This document shows, in pieces, positions 35,643 through 45,516 of a DNA stretch of 64,000 nt (within the stretch, counting starts at the first letter, position 1; the number at the start of each line of letters is the position of its first letter). The notes beneath the pieces were generated by a model. It was not told the DNA's origin, ran no database searches, and saw only the letters and a program-made list of their open reading frames with translations. The stretch is taken from IMG/VR virus record IMGVR_UViG_3300007346_000024. One strand, written 5' to 3'. The position numbers and the translations under genes are program-made. The DNA comes from an uncultured virus (IMG/VR IMGVR_UViG_3300007346_000024). Lineage: Duplodnaviria > Heunggongvirae > Uroviricota > Caudoviricetes.

Positions 35643-36113
35643 CTAATATCTCAAATCAATTCCGTAACCGTTACAACATTCAGGGCATATATCATTACAA
35701 CTTGTGTCTATAATTTCACCTCCAAATTCAAAACAACCTTGCCTCCTAATGTACCTAGCCTGAAGACCTTCTTTTTTATCACTGTAGTAAGAGCTTTTAG
35801 TTATTTTGTCAATATGCTTTCTCAGGTCTCCCGTTTCAGACATAGCTTGTTTTACAAACTCATTAAGCGAATAATCTGAAATTGGGCTAAAAATAGAGTT
35901 AGATATCAACCTAACATCTTCCTTACTAACTCCTGATGCCTCTGATATTTTAACAATATGAGGCGTGTCTTCAGTTACAGCTCCTTTAGGTGCAGCAAAT
36001 TGCTTCATGTAATCAGCAACATAATCTAGTTTCTGTTCATAATCAAGCCCTTCAGTCTCTTCGGCTAATTTTTTAAGTCTTGATTTTATCCAACCTGCTC
36101 TAGGTGCTTTCAT
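35643..36113 (-). CDS. Hypothetical protein with FEFGG motif
   Basis: 156-aa ORF in operon. Confidence 0.6.
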   Translation of the reverse strand: MKAPRAGWIKSRLKKLAEETEGLDYEQKLDYVADYMKQFAAPKGAVTEDTPHIVKISEASGVSKEDVRLISNSIFSPISDYSLNEFVKQAMSETGDLRKHIDKITKSSYYSDKKEGLQARYIRRQGCFEFGGEIIDTSCNDICPECCNGYGIDLRY

Positions 36114-36114
36114 A

Positions 36115-37014
36115 TTACCAATTTAAGAAAGATAATTTCCCTGTAAAATATCCTTTATACTTTATCGAACCTCCTTTTGATTTTTTATCAATTCTATATA
36201 TAGCAGATATTTCTTCGTACTCCTCAATGTTTTCAGATAAGCTATATTCTCTAGGCTCTCCTCCCCAAGACTCAACTTCTAAAACCTTATCTCCATCAAG
36301 ATATATAGCGTAATGTCTTGGATTATCATCACTACCAAACTGCAAAACATCTCCGCTTTTTAAGCTATCAACTCCTTTATATGGTAGTTTATTAAACTCT
36401 TTAAAAGACCTGTCGTTATGTATCTTATTGCAGAACAATTCGCAATTCATGAAACCACCTTCGCTAACAACTTTTTTATAACGTTCAATTACTGAATCTA
36501 TCTCCCCACCTTTAGCGTACATAGAAACACCTGTAGAGTCTTCTACTCTTATCTCAGCATTAGGAAACTCTCTTTTCATTTCTCTGTAATAAGCAGGTAT
36601 CAATCTATAGTCTTGAATACTAATTTCTTGTTTTAATACTTTTCCTTTTTTAGTATCAACGGCTATAACTGAAAAAGGAGAAGCGTAATCCTCTATAGAC
36701 TTCATTATACCTCTTAAAGAACCTCCTTTAGCTAGCTCTGTCCCTTCGTAAGAAACAACAAGTAAACCGTCTTCATCATCTCCAACTTCCCAAACAGGCT
36801 CTCCTGACTTATCTTCTACTTCCAAGTACCAAACATCTTCTTTAGGATGCATAGCCTGAGCTGATTTAAAAATATCTTCAGCACTTTCATATTCTCCATT
36901 TAAAGAAAGGTCTCCAAGATATTTAGAATCTGAAGATATAATCGTAGCTCTATGTGCTTTAGATGCGTCAAAAGGGATTCCTATATAATTTGTTTTCATA
37001 ATGTTTTTTACCAA
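36115..37014 (-). CDS. GG-linked modular cargo protein with NlpC/P60-like module and LSFLNW tag
   Basis: LAKGG/YAKGG/KSKGG linkers; NCELFC...GDVLQFG...HYAIYLDGDKVLE; ends YFTGKLSFLNW. Confidence 0.65.
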   Translation of the reverse strand: MVKNIMKTNYIGIPFDASKAHRATIISSDSKYLGDLSLNGEYESAEDIFKSAQAMHPKEDVWYLEVEDKSGEPVWEVGDDEDGLLVVSYEGTELAKGGSLRGIMKSIEDYASPFSVIAVDTKKGKVLKQEISIQDYRLIPAYYREMKREFPNAEIRVEDSTGVSMYAKGGEIDSVIERYKKVVSEGGFMNCELFCNKIHNDRSFKEFNKLPYKGVDSLKSGDVLQFGSDDNPRHYAIYLDGDKVLEVESWGGEPREYSLSENIEEYEEISAIYRIDKKSKGGSIKYKGYFTGKLSFLNW

Positions 37015-38267
37015 TTTAAAAATGAAAGCTCTCCATTAAAATAAGAAGAACATGACAATAACCCCCCGTTTTTAAACCTAATTTTAAGACCTGAGTAGTC
37101 CTGAATATCTCTGTGTATGTACTGATAATCACCATCAGAAACAGCCTTAAACTTTTTATATATCTTAGGGACTTGTCTTTTGTTAGACCTGTCAGGAGTA
37201 TAAGAAACTAAACCTTTGTATTTAGGGTTTATATGATTCAAAGCTGCTAAATACATCATTGAGCCTAAACCTTTATTTCTATGACTTCTATTTATATCAA
37301 TAATAGATATTTTCATAAAATCATTAGAAGGACTTAATTCTAAGTAACCAACTTTTTCAGGGTTTCCCTTACCTAAATACCAAAGAGTTATATATGAAGG
37401 ATTGTCCTTGTTGTCAATAGCAATTTCATAAGGTTTGTAGTTGTGATAACCGCTATAGACTATATACCTACCTCCTCTGTCTATTACGCCTCCTTCTTGG
37501 AACAATATAGGCTTTATAAATTCTCTTTTTTTAGAATCTCTTAAAGACCTAATTTCATCTCTTTCTTCTCTAGTCGATGTTGAGTTGGAAGGGATTCTGT
37601 ATTTAGACTCTATTTCTGACAACTTATTAGATTTGCTTTCAGCAGATTCGTAAATTTCTTTAATATCTTCTAAAGAGAGGTTTTTAAATTTCTCTTTTCC
37701 AAATACATTGAATGAAAAAGGTTTTTTGTAAGTGTATAGAACTCTTGGGTTTAAAACGACAATTTCCTGTTCTGAAAAATCAGAACTCCAATCACCTATT
37801 TTAACAGCATCAACACCTTTGTCCCATAAGTCTTCGATAAAATCTTCTAACTCATTTGCGTCCGAAACATCAGGCATGTTTATAACTTTAGCTCCTTTTT
37901 TTACTAAAACTAAATAAACAGAACCGCTTCTCGAATCAGAAGTAAAATTTGAAGCAATATTTTTGCTTTTAGACAAAGACACACCCCAATACTTTTCTCC
38001 GTAGCCTCCTCCTCCGAGTCTCTCTATATCTCTATCAGACACTAATATGCTTGGTTTCAAAGCTGAACCAACATAAGAGCCTGTTCCGTGATAATATATA
38101 TGGTCAGCAAAGTCTTTATAGTTGTCATACTCCAATATATGTTTGTATATTCCGTACTCGCCATAACCACCTCTCCCTGATGACTTTAAAGCTCTTTTTA
38201 TTTTGTCTTTAGTCCAACCGTTTCTTGGTTTAGGATATATTGACCTGTGCTTATTGAGCAATGTCAT
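37008..38267 (-). CDS. ADP-ribosyltransferase plus GNAT acetyltransferase cargo protein with LSFLNW tag
   Basis: YYHGT...GVSLS...EQEIVVLNP (ART); FQEGG linker; IDINRSHRNKGLGSMMY (GNAT motif A); FKNGG; ends YFNGELSFLNW. Confidence 0.7.
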   Translation of the reverse strand: MTLLNKHRSIYPKPRNGWTKDKIKRALKSSGRGGYGEYGIYKHILEYDNYKDFADHIYYHGTGSYVGSALKPSILVSDRDIERLGGGGYGEKYWGVSLSKSKNIASNFTSDSRSGSVYLVLVKKGAKVINMPDVSDANELEDFIEDLWDKGVDAVKIGDWSSDFSEQEIVVLNPRVLYTYKKPFSFNVFGKEKFKNLSLEDIKEIYESAESKSNKLSEIESKYRIPSNSTSTREERDEIRSLRDSKKREFIKPILFQEGGVIDRGGRYIVYSGYHNYKPYEIAIDNKDNPSYITLWYLGKGNPEKVGYLELSPSNDFMKISIIDINRSHRNKGLGSMMYLAALNHINPKYKGLVSYTPDRSNKRQVPKIYKKFKAVSDGDYQYIHRDIQDYSGLKIRFKNGGLLSCSSYFNGELSFLNW

Positions 38268-38270
38268 TTT

Positions 38271-40487
38271 TTACCAATTTAAAAATGATAGCTTTCCTGA
38301 GAAATAACCTGAAGATTTAATTGAACCACCTTTTGCGAAGAATCCCCTATCTCTACCTTTTTCAAATAATTCCTTTTTTAACTCAAACCAACTAATCGCT
38401 TTTTTATCGCTATTATCCAAAACATCAATGCTGATTATATGCGACCATTGTTCTTCTAATTCGTCTAATGTTTTTTCAGTAATTACATATTTTCCTATTG
38501 TTCTACCTTTGGATAGTCCTTTCCAATGCAATTCAACTTCAAATTTCTCTCTTACCTCTCCACCTTTAGCGTATTCTCCATCCTCATACTCTTGTTGCCA
38601 CTCATTAGCATCAAAGTAATACATATCCTCTCCATCTTCTTGTAGAACAACATCGCCAACACCATTAGATTTTCCTTCCATAATGTTTACTTTAACTTGC
38701 TCTAAGATAGAATCATATTTTTCGATAGCATCATCTTCATTATTAAATTTATGGTTGTTAGCTTTTCCAAAATAAGTTGTAACCACATATTTGCCTTCTA
38801 CCTCTCCACCTTTAGCGTATTTTGTAATACCTTGCTCTCTCATATATTGAGTTAGGTCAGACTTTTTAGGTGCGTAAATTGAAGAATGATAGCCATTATC
38901 ATCATAAAGTTGTAAAGTCCAAACTTTTGAATTTGTTTCTTTAATTATCTCGCCTTTTAGTTCCTCTTCTACCTCTCCACCTTTAGCCATTTTTTGAATA
39001 ATAATCTTGTCGTTTGGATAAACTTCTTTAAGCTCTTCTAACTTTAACTCAACAAGCTCTTTATCTGAACCTCTGAAGTAAATTTTATTTGTGTTATCAT
39101 CAACTATGATGTACTTATCACTTACCTCTCCACCTTTAGCGAACAATATTTGTTCTCCATTTATTTCTTCTATTTCATAGTTTTCAGAGTTCATACAATT
39201 AGGTATGCTCGTTCCGTCTGTAAAATGAATTGTATCACTTGTAATTTCTTTTACAAATGACTTTTTTCTTCCATAAGGAGAATTAAATAATATAGTCCTA
39301 ACTGATTTTGATTTTGGGTTAATTGATAAATCGCATCCTACCTCTCCACCTTTAGCGTAATACCCTGTTTCATTAATACTTGTGTAAGTAACCTCAGCAC
39401 CATTAAAACCTTCTTCTGAGTCAGAGAATTTATTTCTAGCTTTATTTTCTGCTAAATCTTCACTTTCTGCTAAAATATCAGAATAAACTTTTTCTCCGCT
39501 TGTTCCTTCTTCTTCGTTTTCCCAATAAACAATAACCTCATATTCTTTTTTCAAAGAACCACCTTTAGCGTATTTTCCTTTACTAGATAAACCTTTCAAC
39601 TCTCTAAACAATTCATCAATATAGCTAATTGAATCATACTTACCAATAGAAACTGAATGAAAGTCATGCCTACCAAAACCTTTATCAACTGTTCTATCAA
39701 TATTAATATAATTGTATTTTGTTAGATTGTCATCTACAAACTTTCTTGCATCTATTAAACTATCAAAAACAATAGGAGTTTGTTCGTCCTTATCTGTATA
39801 AATTTCTATACTTCCACCTTTAGCATATTCTTCTACCTTGAATTTCATTTCTAATACTTGCTTTTTTCCTTTTTCTTTTCCCTCAAACCAATCATTAACA
39901 AACATTTCTTTTGCTTTTTTTATGGCTTCACTATTTGTCTTGGCTTTTACTTTGTAAAAATCATCCCCATATTTAAAGTCTTTACCACCATAAGTAACAA
40001 CTTTTACCTCTCCACCTTTAGCAAATTCTTCAAACCCTTCTAATTTATTTAATGAAACACCTATTGGTCTTAAACCATAAGGCTCATTATCTAAACCATA
40101 ATCAAAAGTATATCCTACCAATTCCATTTCTTTAAGGAAGTTCTTACTATCCTTGTAATTATAGTCACCTTCTATGATTTTAGCTTCGTACTTTTCATAT
40201 ATATCGCGAGCATCTTTTGGTAGCTTTTCGTAGTCCTCAAATAAATCTACCATTCCACCTTTAGCAAAAGAATTATGATATTTACTCATTTGCTTTTGAT
40301 GTATTTCAATTAAAGAGGTTTCAATAAAATTCTCATCTACTTCTTCATCGTATCTCTCACATAGGTTGTCAGTTAACTCCTCATATCTCTCGCTTTCTTT
40401 TTCAGAGCTAAATCTTCCTTGTTTTTTAACAAGTTGTATAAATTCTAATAAATCAGAATCTAACTCTATTCTTTTATCTTTTCCCAT
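38271..40487 (-). CDS. Polyprotein-like array of ~10 mini-domains separated by [FYM]AKGG, with LSFLNW tag
   Basis: Ten AKGG motifs separating unrelated ~50-80-aa modules; ends YFSGKLSFLNW. Confidence 0.75.
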   Translation of the reverse strand: MGKDKRIELDSDLLEFIQLVKKQGRFSSEKESERYEELTDNLCERYDEEVDENFIETSLIEIHQKQMSKYHNSFAKGGMVDLFEDYEKLPKDARDIYEKYEAKIIEGDYNYKDSKNFLKEMELVGYTFDYGLDNEPYGLRPIGVSLNKLEGFEEFAKGGEVKVVTYGGKDFKYGDDFYKVKAKTNSEAIKKAKEMFVNDWFEGKEKGKKQVLEMKFKVEEYAKGGSIEIYTDKDEQTPIVFDSLIDARKFVDDNLTKYNYINIDRTVDKGFGRHDFHSVSIGKYDSISYIDELFRELKGLSSKGKYAKGGSLKKEYEVIVYWENEEEGTSGEKVYSDILAESEDLAENKARNKFSDSEEGFNGAEVTYTSINETGYYAKGGEVGCDLSINPKSKSVRTILFNSPYGRKKSFVKEITSDTIHFTDGTSIPNCMNSENYEIEEINGEQILFAKGGEVSDKYIIVDDNTNKIYFRGSDKELVELKLEELKEVYPNDKIIIQKMAKGGEVEEELKGEIIKETNSKVWTLQLYDDNGYHSSIYAPKKSDLTQYMREQGITKYAKGGEVEGKYVVTTYFGKANNHKFNNEDDAIEKYDSILEQVKVNIMEGKSNGVGDVVLQEDGEDMYYFDANEWQQEYEDGEYAKGGEVREKFEVELHWKGLSKGRTIGKYVITEKTLDELEEQWSHIISIDVLDNSDKKAISWFELKKELFEKGRDRGFFAKGGSIKSSGYFSGKLSFLNW
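38553..40022 (-). repeat. Six identical 18-nt direct repeats GCTAAAGGTGGAGAGGTA encoding AKGGEV
   Basis: Copies at 38553, 38799, 38970, 39123, 39339, 40005; four further partial copies. Confidence 0.85.
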
Positions 40488-40503
40488 TTTATTTTATTTC
40501 TAA

Positions 40504-41907
40504 TTACCAATTTAAAAATGACAAATGACCTTCAAAACAACCTTTTTTACGACCTTTGATTTTACCTCCTTGCTCGTAAAGCTTTCCTGAGTCTCTGTAC
40601 TCTTTGATTAACTCATTATAAATACCCTCAAGCATAGGTACATGACTATCTCCTACGAACATTTCAGACATAATATGAGACTTAAACTCATCTGTAGGCT
40701 TGTATTTATAATTACCTGCATAAGTATTAAAAAGGGCTTTCATTTCATCTTTAAGCTCTTTCTTAAGCTTAGCATCCTTTTTAGCTTTAATCCTTTTTCT
40801 AGCAGCTTCGTTCTTAGCCTCGATTTCTTTTTTCCTGTCTTCTTTAGCTTTCTTGTCAGCTTCTTCCTTAGCTTTTAACTCTGCTTTCCTAGACTCTTCT
40901 TTCTCTAAATCAGACTCGATATGTTCTCTAGCTTCTGACTCAGTATCAAACATTCCGTAAGAAACCTTGTTCATCGAATCTTTAGGGACTTCAAAGCCTC
41001 CTTGAGCAAGTTCGATATAAGTAACTCCCATGAACTTACTCTTAACGTCTTCTTTAGGCTCTTCAAGTAACTCATAATTAATAGCTACATAATGAACAGC
41101 TCCGAAAACATCATCATCACTCATAGCTCTAAAAAGCTCAGGATAACCAAACCCTTGATTCTCTGATAATTCTTCCATAACAGACTCTCTAGAACCCGTA
41201 GACATGTCTATATCATCAAGGTCTAACTCGTAAGCATCAGCAACACTCTTAATAGCTTTGTAAACCTTGTCATCACTCAACGCTCTAACTATTGCAGAAG
41301 GGTCTATACCATGCTCAACTTCTAAGTGTTCAACAGCAGCAATTCTATCACCTGTTTCAGCAGGTATTCCCGCTGATTTTAATCTGTCTTGAATTTCAGA
41401 ATGGTCTAACTCACCACCTCTAGACATCTTTTTTGCAGGTTCTTTTTTTACAACCTCGAAAGAACTCAATAAGTCAGAAACTTGCTTTCCATCCTCGTAT
41501 TTAACTGTAACAGTTTTTTGGTCAGGAATAGCCGAGTCAACACCTACAGCTATAACTTCTCCAATCATTGTAGCTTTAGGATATTTAAGATAGTCCCCTA
41601 TTTCAACAGAACCTCCTCTAGACATTTTTTTTACAGAATTCATGCCTACCAATCTTTTCTGATGAGCTGTTCCATACTCAGAAACATAATCAATAATCTC
41701 TTTTTCAATCTCATCTAACTGCTCATTCGATAAGCTAGAAAACTTTTTTATACCCGATAGATGAGAATGAGTTTTTGGAAGGTTTCCATTAGTCTGAATA
41801 CTAAAACCTCTTTCCCCTTTAAAACTTAACTTAATTGCTTGATTACCATTTCTATCCTTCTTTCTAGAATGCAAATGGATTTCTGAATTATTTAACTTCT
41901 TAGCCAT
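40504..41907 (-). CDS. GG-linked modular cargo protein with LSFLNW tag
   Basis: MSRGG x2, YEQGG; ends CFEGHLSFLNW. Confidence 0.7.
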   Translation of the reverse strand: MAKKLNNSEIHLHSRKKDRNGNQAIKLSFKGERGFSIQTNGNLPKTHSHLSGIKKFSSLSNEQLDEIEKEIIDYVSEYGTAHQKRLVGMNSVKKMSRGGSVEIGDYLKYPKATMIGEVIAVGVDSAIPDQKTVTVKYEDGKQVSDLLSSFEVVKKEPAKKMSRGGELDHSEIQDRLKSAGIPAETGDRIAAVEHLEVEHGIDPSAIVRALSDDKVYKAIKSVADAYELDLDDIDMSTGSRESVMEELSENQGFGYPELFRAMSDDDVFGAVHYVAINYELLEEPKEDVKSKFMGVTYIELAQGGFEVPKDSMNKVSYGMFDTESEAREHIESDLEKEESRKAELKAKEEADKKAKEDRKKEIEAKNEAARKRIKAKKDAKLKKELKDEMKALFNTYAGNYKYKPTDEFKSHIMSEMFVGDSHVPMLEGIYNELIKEYRDSGKLYEQGGKIKGRKKGCFEGHLSFLNW

Positions 41908-42005
41908 TGTACTTGTTTTTCCCTTTTAAAACCACTAAAGGAGGGCGATAAAAATCTAACCCTCCCGTAATAGTTACCTTTACATATTTCTTTTTAGATA
42001 GCTCA

Positions 42006-43076
42006 TTATTTTAGAAATGAAAGATAAGACCACTCGTCACTACCTCCTGTTTCTACAAAACCTCCATCTTCTTTTTTAACAACTCTTCTCTTAGTCTTAG
42101 CCTTAGCTTTTTTCTCTTCTATTTTATCTTTCTCTTCTTGAGCATCATCTTTATACCCTTCTAGGATAGTCATGATTTCTTTTCTTTGACCTTGAGGGAT
42201 TTTTTTACCCATTAACATTTCCAATTTGTCAAACAGGTTTCCAAAAGCTTTTTCTACTTCAGATACAGCTTTCTTAACTTCATCCATTGACTTATTGTCA
42301 TCGTTCTTTTTAGCTTCCCCTACTATTCTTTTAGTAATTGTCGCAAAGCTATCGACAACTTTAGTAGTTACAGGAATCTTTTTAGCTTCCTCTCTACCTT
42401 TTTCTCTTGCTGCTTTATGCTCAGCCTCTTCCTTTGCTTTCTCCTTAACTACCTTAAGTGCTTTCTCACACTCGTTTTTAGAAGCTTCATCATTGAAAAT
42501 ATATTCTTTACCATCAACAACTAACTTGAATACTTCTTTCTTTTCTTCTTTTTTAGCAGGAGCTTTTTTAGCAGGAGCTTTTTTAGCAGGAGCTTTTTTA
42601 GCAGGAGTTTTTCTAGCGGCAGGCTTTTTTTCTTCTTTAGAAAAAGCTTTTTCAGAAATCTCGATAATATTTGAAGCTTCTTTTTTTGCTTCTTCAGCTA
42701 ACTCCTTAGCTCCTTTAATAGCTTCTGAAACACCTGAGTTAGAGTAAATCTCTATAATGTCATCTTTGATTATTTCTCCGTCTTCAGTCATCTCCCTAAC
42801 GAAAAACTTGAAAGACTGTGTCTTAGAATCCTTTTTCTTAGAATCTTTTTCAACTTCTTTCTTCTCGTCTTTTTTATCCTCTTTCTTAGATTCCGCTTTC
42901 TTGACAGCCTCTTTAACTTTTTTACTGTCTTTGTCCCTAGACTCTAACTCAGCCTTATGCTGCTCAAGTTGCTTTAAAACAAGTTTGTTTTTTCCATCAA
43001 ACTTATCGTTGATACCTTCTAGTGATTTTATTTTTGCTTCTAATTTCTCTTTTGAAAGCTTTTTTAAGTCGCTCAT
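42006..43076 (-). CDS. Lys/Glu-rich protein with histone-H1-like PAKKA repeats
   Basis: PAKKA repeats; KEDGG then C-terminus WSYLSFLK. Confidence 0.65.
   Translation of the reverse strand: MSDLKKLSKEKLEAKIKSLEGINDKFDGKNKLVLKQLEQHKAELESRDKDSKKVKEAVKKAESKKEDKKDEKKEVEKDSKKKDSKTQSFKFFVREMTEDGEIIKDDIIEIYSNSGVSEAIKGAKELAEEAKKEASNIIEISEKAFSKEEKKPAARKTPAKKAPAKKAPAKKAPAKKEEKKEVFKLVVDGKEYIFNDEASKNECEKALKVVKEKAKEEAEHKAAREKGREEAKKIPVTTKVVDSFATITKRIVGEAKKNDDNKSMDEVKKAVSEVEKAFGNLFDKLEMLMGKKIPQGQRKEIMTILEGYKDDAQEEKDKIEEKKAKAKTKRRVVKKEDGGFVETGGSDEWSYLSFLK
42549..42624 (-). repeat. 15-nt tandem repeat encoding PAKKA
   Basis: Plus-strand TTTTTAGCAGGAGCT repeated about four times. Confidence 0.75.
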
Positions 43077-43078
43077 TC

Positions 43079-43615
43079 TTATAATTCTTTTAGATACTTA
43101 ACAAATTTATAGATTATTTCCTTTAGTTCTGAAATATCATCAGAAGATAACATTTTATGAGGTATTTCTTTGAATATTTTTTCAAAAATTCTCTCAATCA
43201 ATTTACTTGATGAACTTTCTATTTCTAAGCCTATCTTTTCAGCATATTCAACCAAGTAATTAACATCCATTTCGTACTTCTTTACCGCAGTACCAATTCT
43301 TTTGATATACTTTTTTTGTAGACTTGTAAGTTCTTCTGTTGAGGCAAACTCATCCCAATTAGAGTCGATATGACCTCCATTTTCAAAAGATAAGTCAACA
43401 ACTTTATCTTTTATTATATCCCCCTTAAGACTTTTAGCATAAGTACTACTAATTTCTTCAAACCCTTTAAAATCATCTTTCATTTTATCTGAAAGACTCC
43501 TTATCTCTAGCTCAATAAAATTAATCTCCTTGTTAAGCTCGATAGAAGAACTCTTGAGAGAACTCAACCTTTCCTTAGTTTCAAGGTATTCTTTGTATTT
43601 GTTTTTATCTATCAT
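43079..43615 (-). CDS. Helical protein with FENGG linker
   Basis: 178 aa, two helical halves. Confidence 0.6.
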   Translation of the reverse strand: MIDKNKYKEYLETKERLSSLKSSSIELNKEINFIELEIRSLSDKMKDDFKGFEEISSTYAKSLKGDIIKDKVVDLSFENGGHIDSNWDEFASTEELTSLQKKYIKRIGTAVKKYEMDVNYLVEYAEKIGLEIESSSSKLIERIFEKIFKEIPHKMLSSDDISELKEIIYKFVKYLKEL

Positions 43616-43626
43616 AACCTGTGTTT

Positions 43627-45516
43627 TTACAAATTTTTAAGCATCTCTAAAGTTTCAAGCTCTTCTTTTAATTGATTATAAGATTCAGGGTCATCCTCTT
43701 CAGAGAATATCTCTAACATCTCTTTAATAGCCTCGTACTCATCAATAATTTGCTGCATATCAGCATCCACTTCTTCCTTATCGCTCTCTACATCATCGTC
43801 TAAATCTAAAGAATCTAAGTCTATTTCATCAACCTCCTCTTCCACTTCTTCGATTGTTGGCTCAGGCTTAGCTTCAGGCATAGCTGATTTATCACTAAGA
43901 CCAATAATAGAAAGCCCTGTTATCTCTGTAACATCTCTTAAGAAATCAAACGTTTCTGAATCAGCACTTCTTAGCTTGCTATAAACTGTATCTAGCTCAT
44001 ATACTAATTCTACTTTATCAGGTATAGAAAGTTTCTCTCCATCAGTCTTTATCAATCCTATAACATTCCCTGACTGAACAATTTGCAAGAATTCATCAGA
44101 ATATAAAAACTCTATATTCTTTCCATAGTACTTCTTAAAATAACCAATGCTTAAAGCGGTAACTGAAACATATTTACCATTTTCAAGATAGAAATAAGTC
44201 CTAGACTTTGAGAATATTGAAGGTGTACCGAAGTCGTTGTATGACATCAAAGGGTATGCCTTTTTTTGATTTTTAAAAGAAGATTTAGAAACTACTCCTG
44301 ACTCTCTATCAAATTTACTTACATCAATCGTATTAGATTTTAAATGTGTTCCTACTTCGTAAAACGAAAAATCTTTTAATTGATTTGGAGAATAATAAAC
44401 AGTTGAGTTAACTTGAATAAAAGAACCTCCTTTTTCGTACATATACTGAACAGGTATGTAACAATAATCAATATAGTTGACACCGTATTGATAGTGAGGG
44501 CTTAATTCAGAAGAAACACTACTTAAATTTTCGTCTTTCTCAAAACTTTTAAGGTTTTTGAATATTTTAACAGCGTTGTTTTCATTGTCTGAAAAAGTTC
44601 TTCCTGTAATAGCTTTATCAAACTTACTATTCACTAGTTCGTCATAATATTCTGTATCAAAAATATCTTTCTTCAATGATGCATCTGTAAGACCAAGCAT
44701 ATCAGAATAGAAAGAGTTGTCAAATAATGGAATTAACTCCTCTAAAAGCTCTTCATTAGCTCCAACAATATAAGCCTTGCTTCTTTTCTTTACAGCTTCT
44801 TCTAATAAAGATGTTAATGATAGTACGGTGTCCGTAGCATTAACATCACTAGGGTATGAGAAAATTATTTTTGCAAAGAAATTAGGAAGCAGAATCATGA
44901 AGTAGTCACTACCATTAGCCCCTTCTTGATGATAAATCTTATTATCACTTTTAGAAACACTAAGTATAACAGCTAAATTAGCTATAGCTCCATACATAGA
45001 ACCTCCTGAAATAACCCATTCGTAACCAAACAAATCCGAATCAATAACTTCTTCAGCACCTTTTTCCTCTTTTTCCTCTTCTTCCTCTTCTCCCTCTTCA
45101 GACTCATCTAAGTCTAATTCATCTAAGTCTAATTCATCAACATCAACAGACTCTTTAGAAACTCCTTCTTTTTCATCGTCTTCTAATTCAATATCGGAAT
45201 CGTCTAAGTCTAAGTCGTCTAACGTCAACCCTTCTAGGTCAAAGTCTATATCAGAAATATCTATGTCTATTGAAATATCGTCTTTAGACTTAACTCCGTA
45301 CCCCATATCTTTAGCTTTTTCTATGAAAGATTCAGATTTTATAAAGTTGTTAAAATCCCTTAAAGCTATTTCGTATTGTTTAACTGTTAACTCATCTAAC
45401 AGACCTGATTCAACAAGCTCACCAAGAGCCTTCAATTCAACGAAGGTCTTGTAAGCTACTTTATCAATCTTTTCAAGCTCTACGCTACTAATTCCTAATG
45501 CTTCTAAAGCTTTCAT
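43627..45516 (-). CDS. Large acidic protein with (D/E)LDLD repeats and C-terminal helical hairpin
   Basis: 629 aa; coupled to helicase gene. Confidence 0.65.
   Translation of the reverse strand: MKALEALGISSVELEKIDKVAYKTFVELKALGELVESGLLDELTVKQYEIALRDFNNFIKSESFIEKAKDMGYGVKSKDDISIDIDISDIDFDLEGLTLDDLDLDDSDIELEDDEKEGVSKESVDVDELDLDELDLDESEEGEEEEEEKEEKGAEEVIDSDLFGYEWVISGGSMYGAIANLAVILSVSKSDNKIYHQEGANGSDYFMILLPNFFAKIIFSYPSDVNATDTVLSLTSLLEEAVKKRSKAYIVGANEELLEELIPLFDNSFYSDMLGLTDASLKKDIFDTEYYDELVNSKFDKAITGRTFSDNENNAVKIFKNLKSFEKDENLSSVSSELSPHYQYGVNYIDYCYIPVQYMYEKGGSFIQVNSTVYYSPNQLKDFSFYEVGTHLKSNTIDVSKFDRESGVVSKSSFKNQKKAYPLMSYNDFGTPSIFSKSRTYFYLENGKYVSVTALSIGYFKKYYGKNIEFLYSDEFLQIVQSGNVIGLIKTDGEKLSIPDKVELVYELDTVYSKLRSADSETFDFLRDVTEITGLSIIGLSDKSAMPEAKPEPTIEEVEEEVDEIDLDSLDLDDDVESDKEEVDADMQQIIDEYEAIKEMLEIFSEEDDPESYNQLKEELETLEMLKNL

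Noticed and set aside
38553..40022. 18-nt repeats as a CRISPR array
   Set aside because: Spacers are 135 nt or longer and variable, repeats are in-frame coding, and no cas genes are seen
41940..41965. GGAGGG/CCCTCC hairpin as a terminator
   Set aside because: Short stem, large loop and weak T-tract
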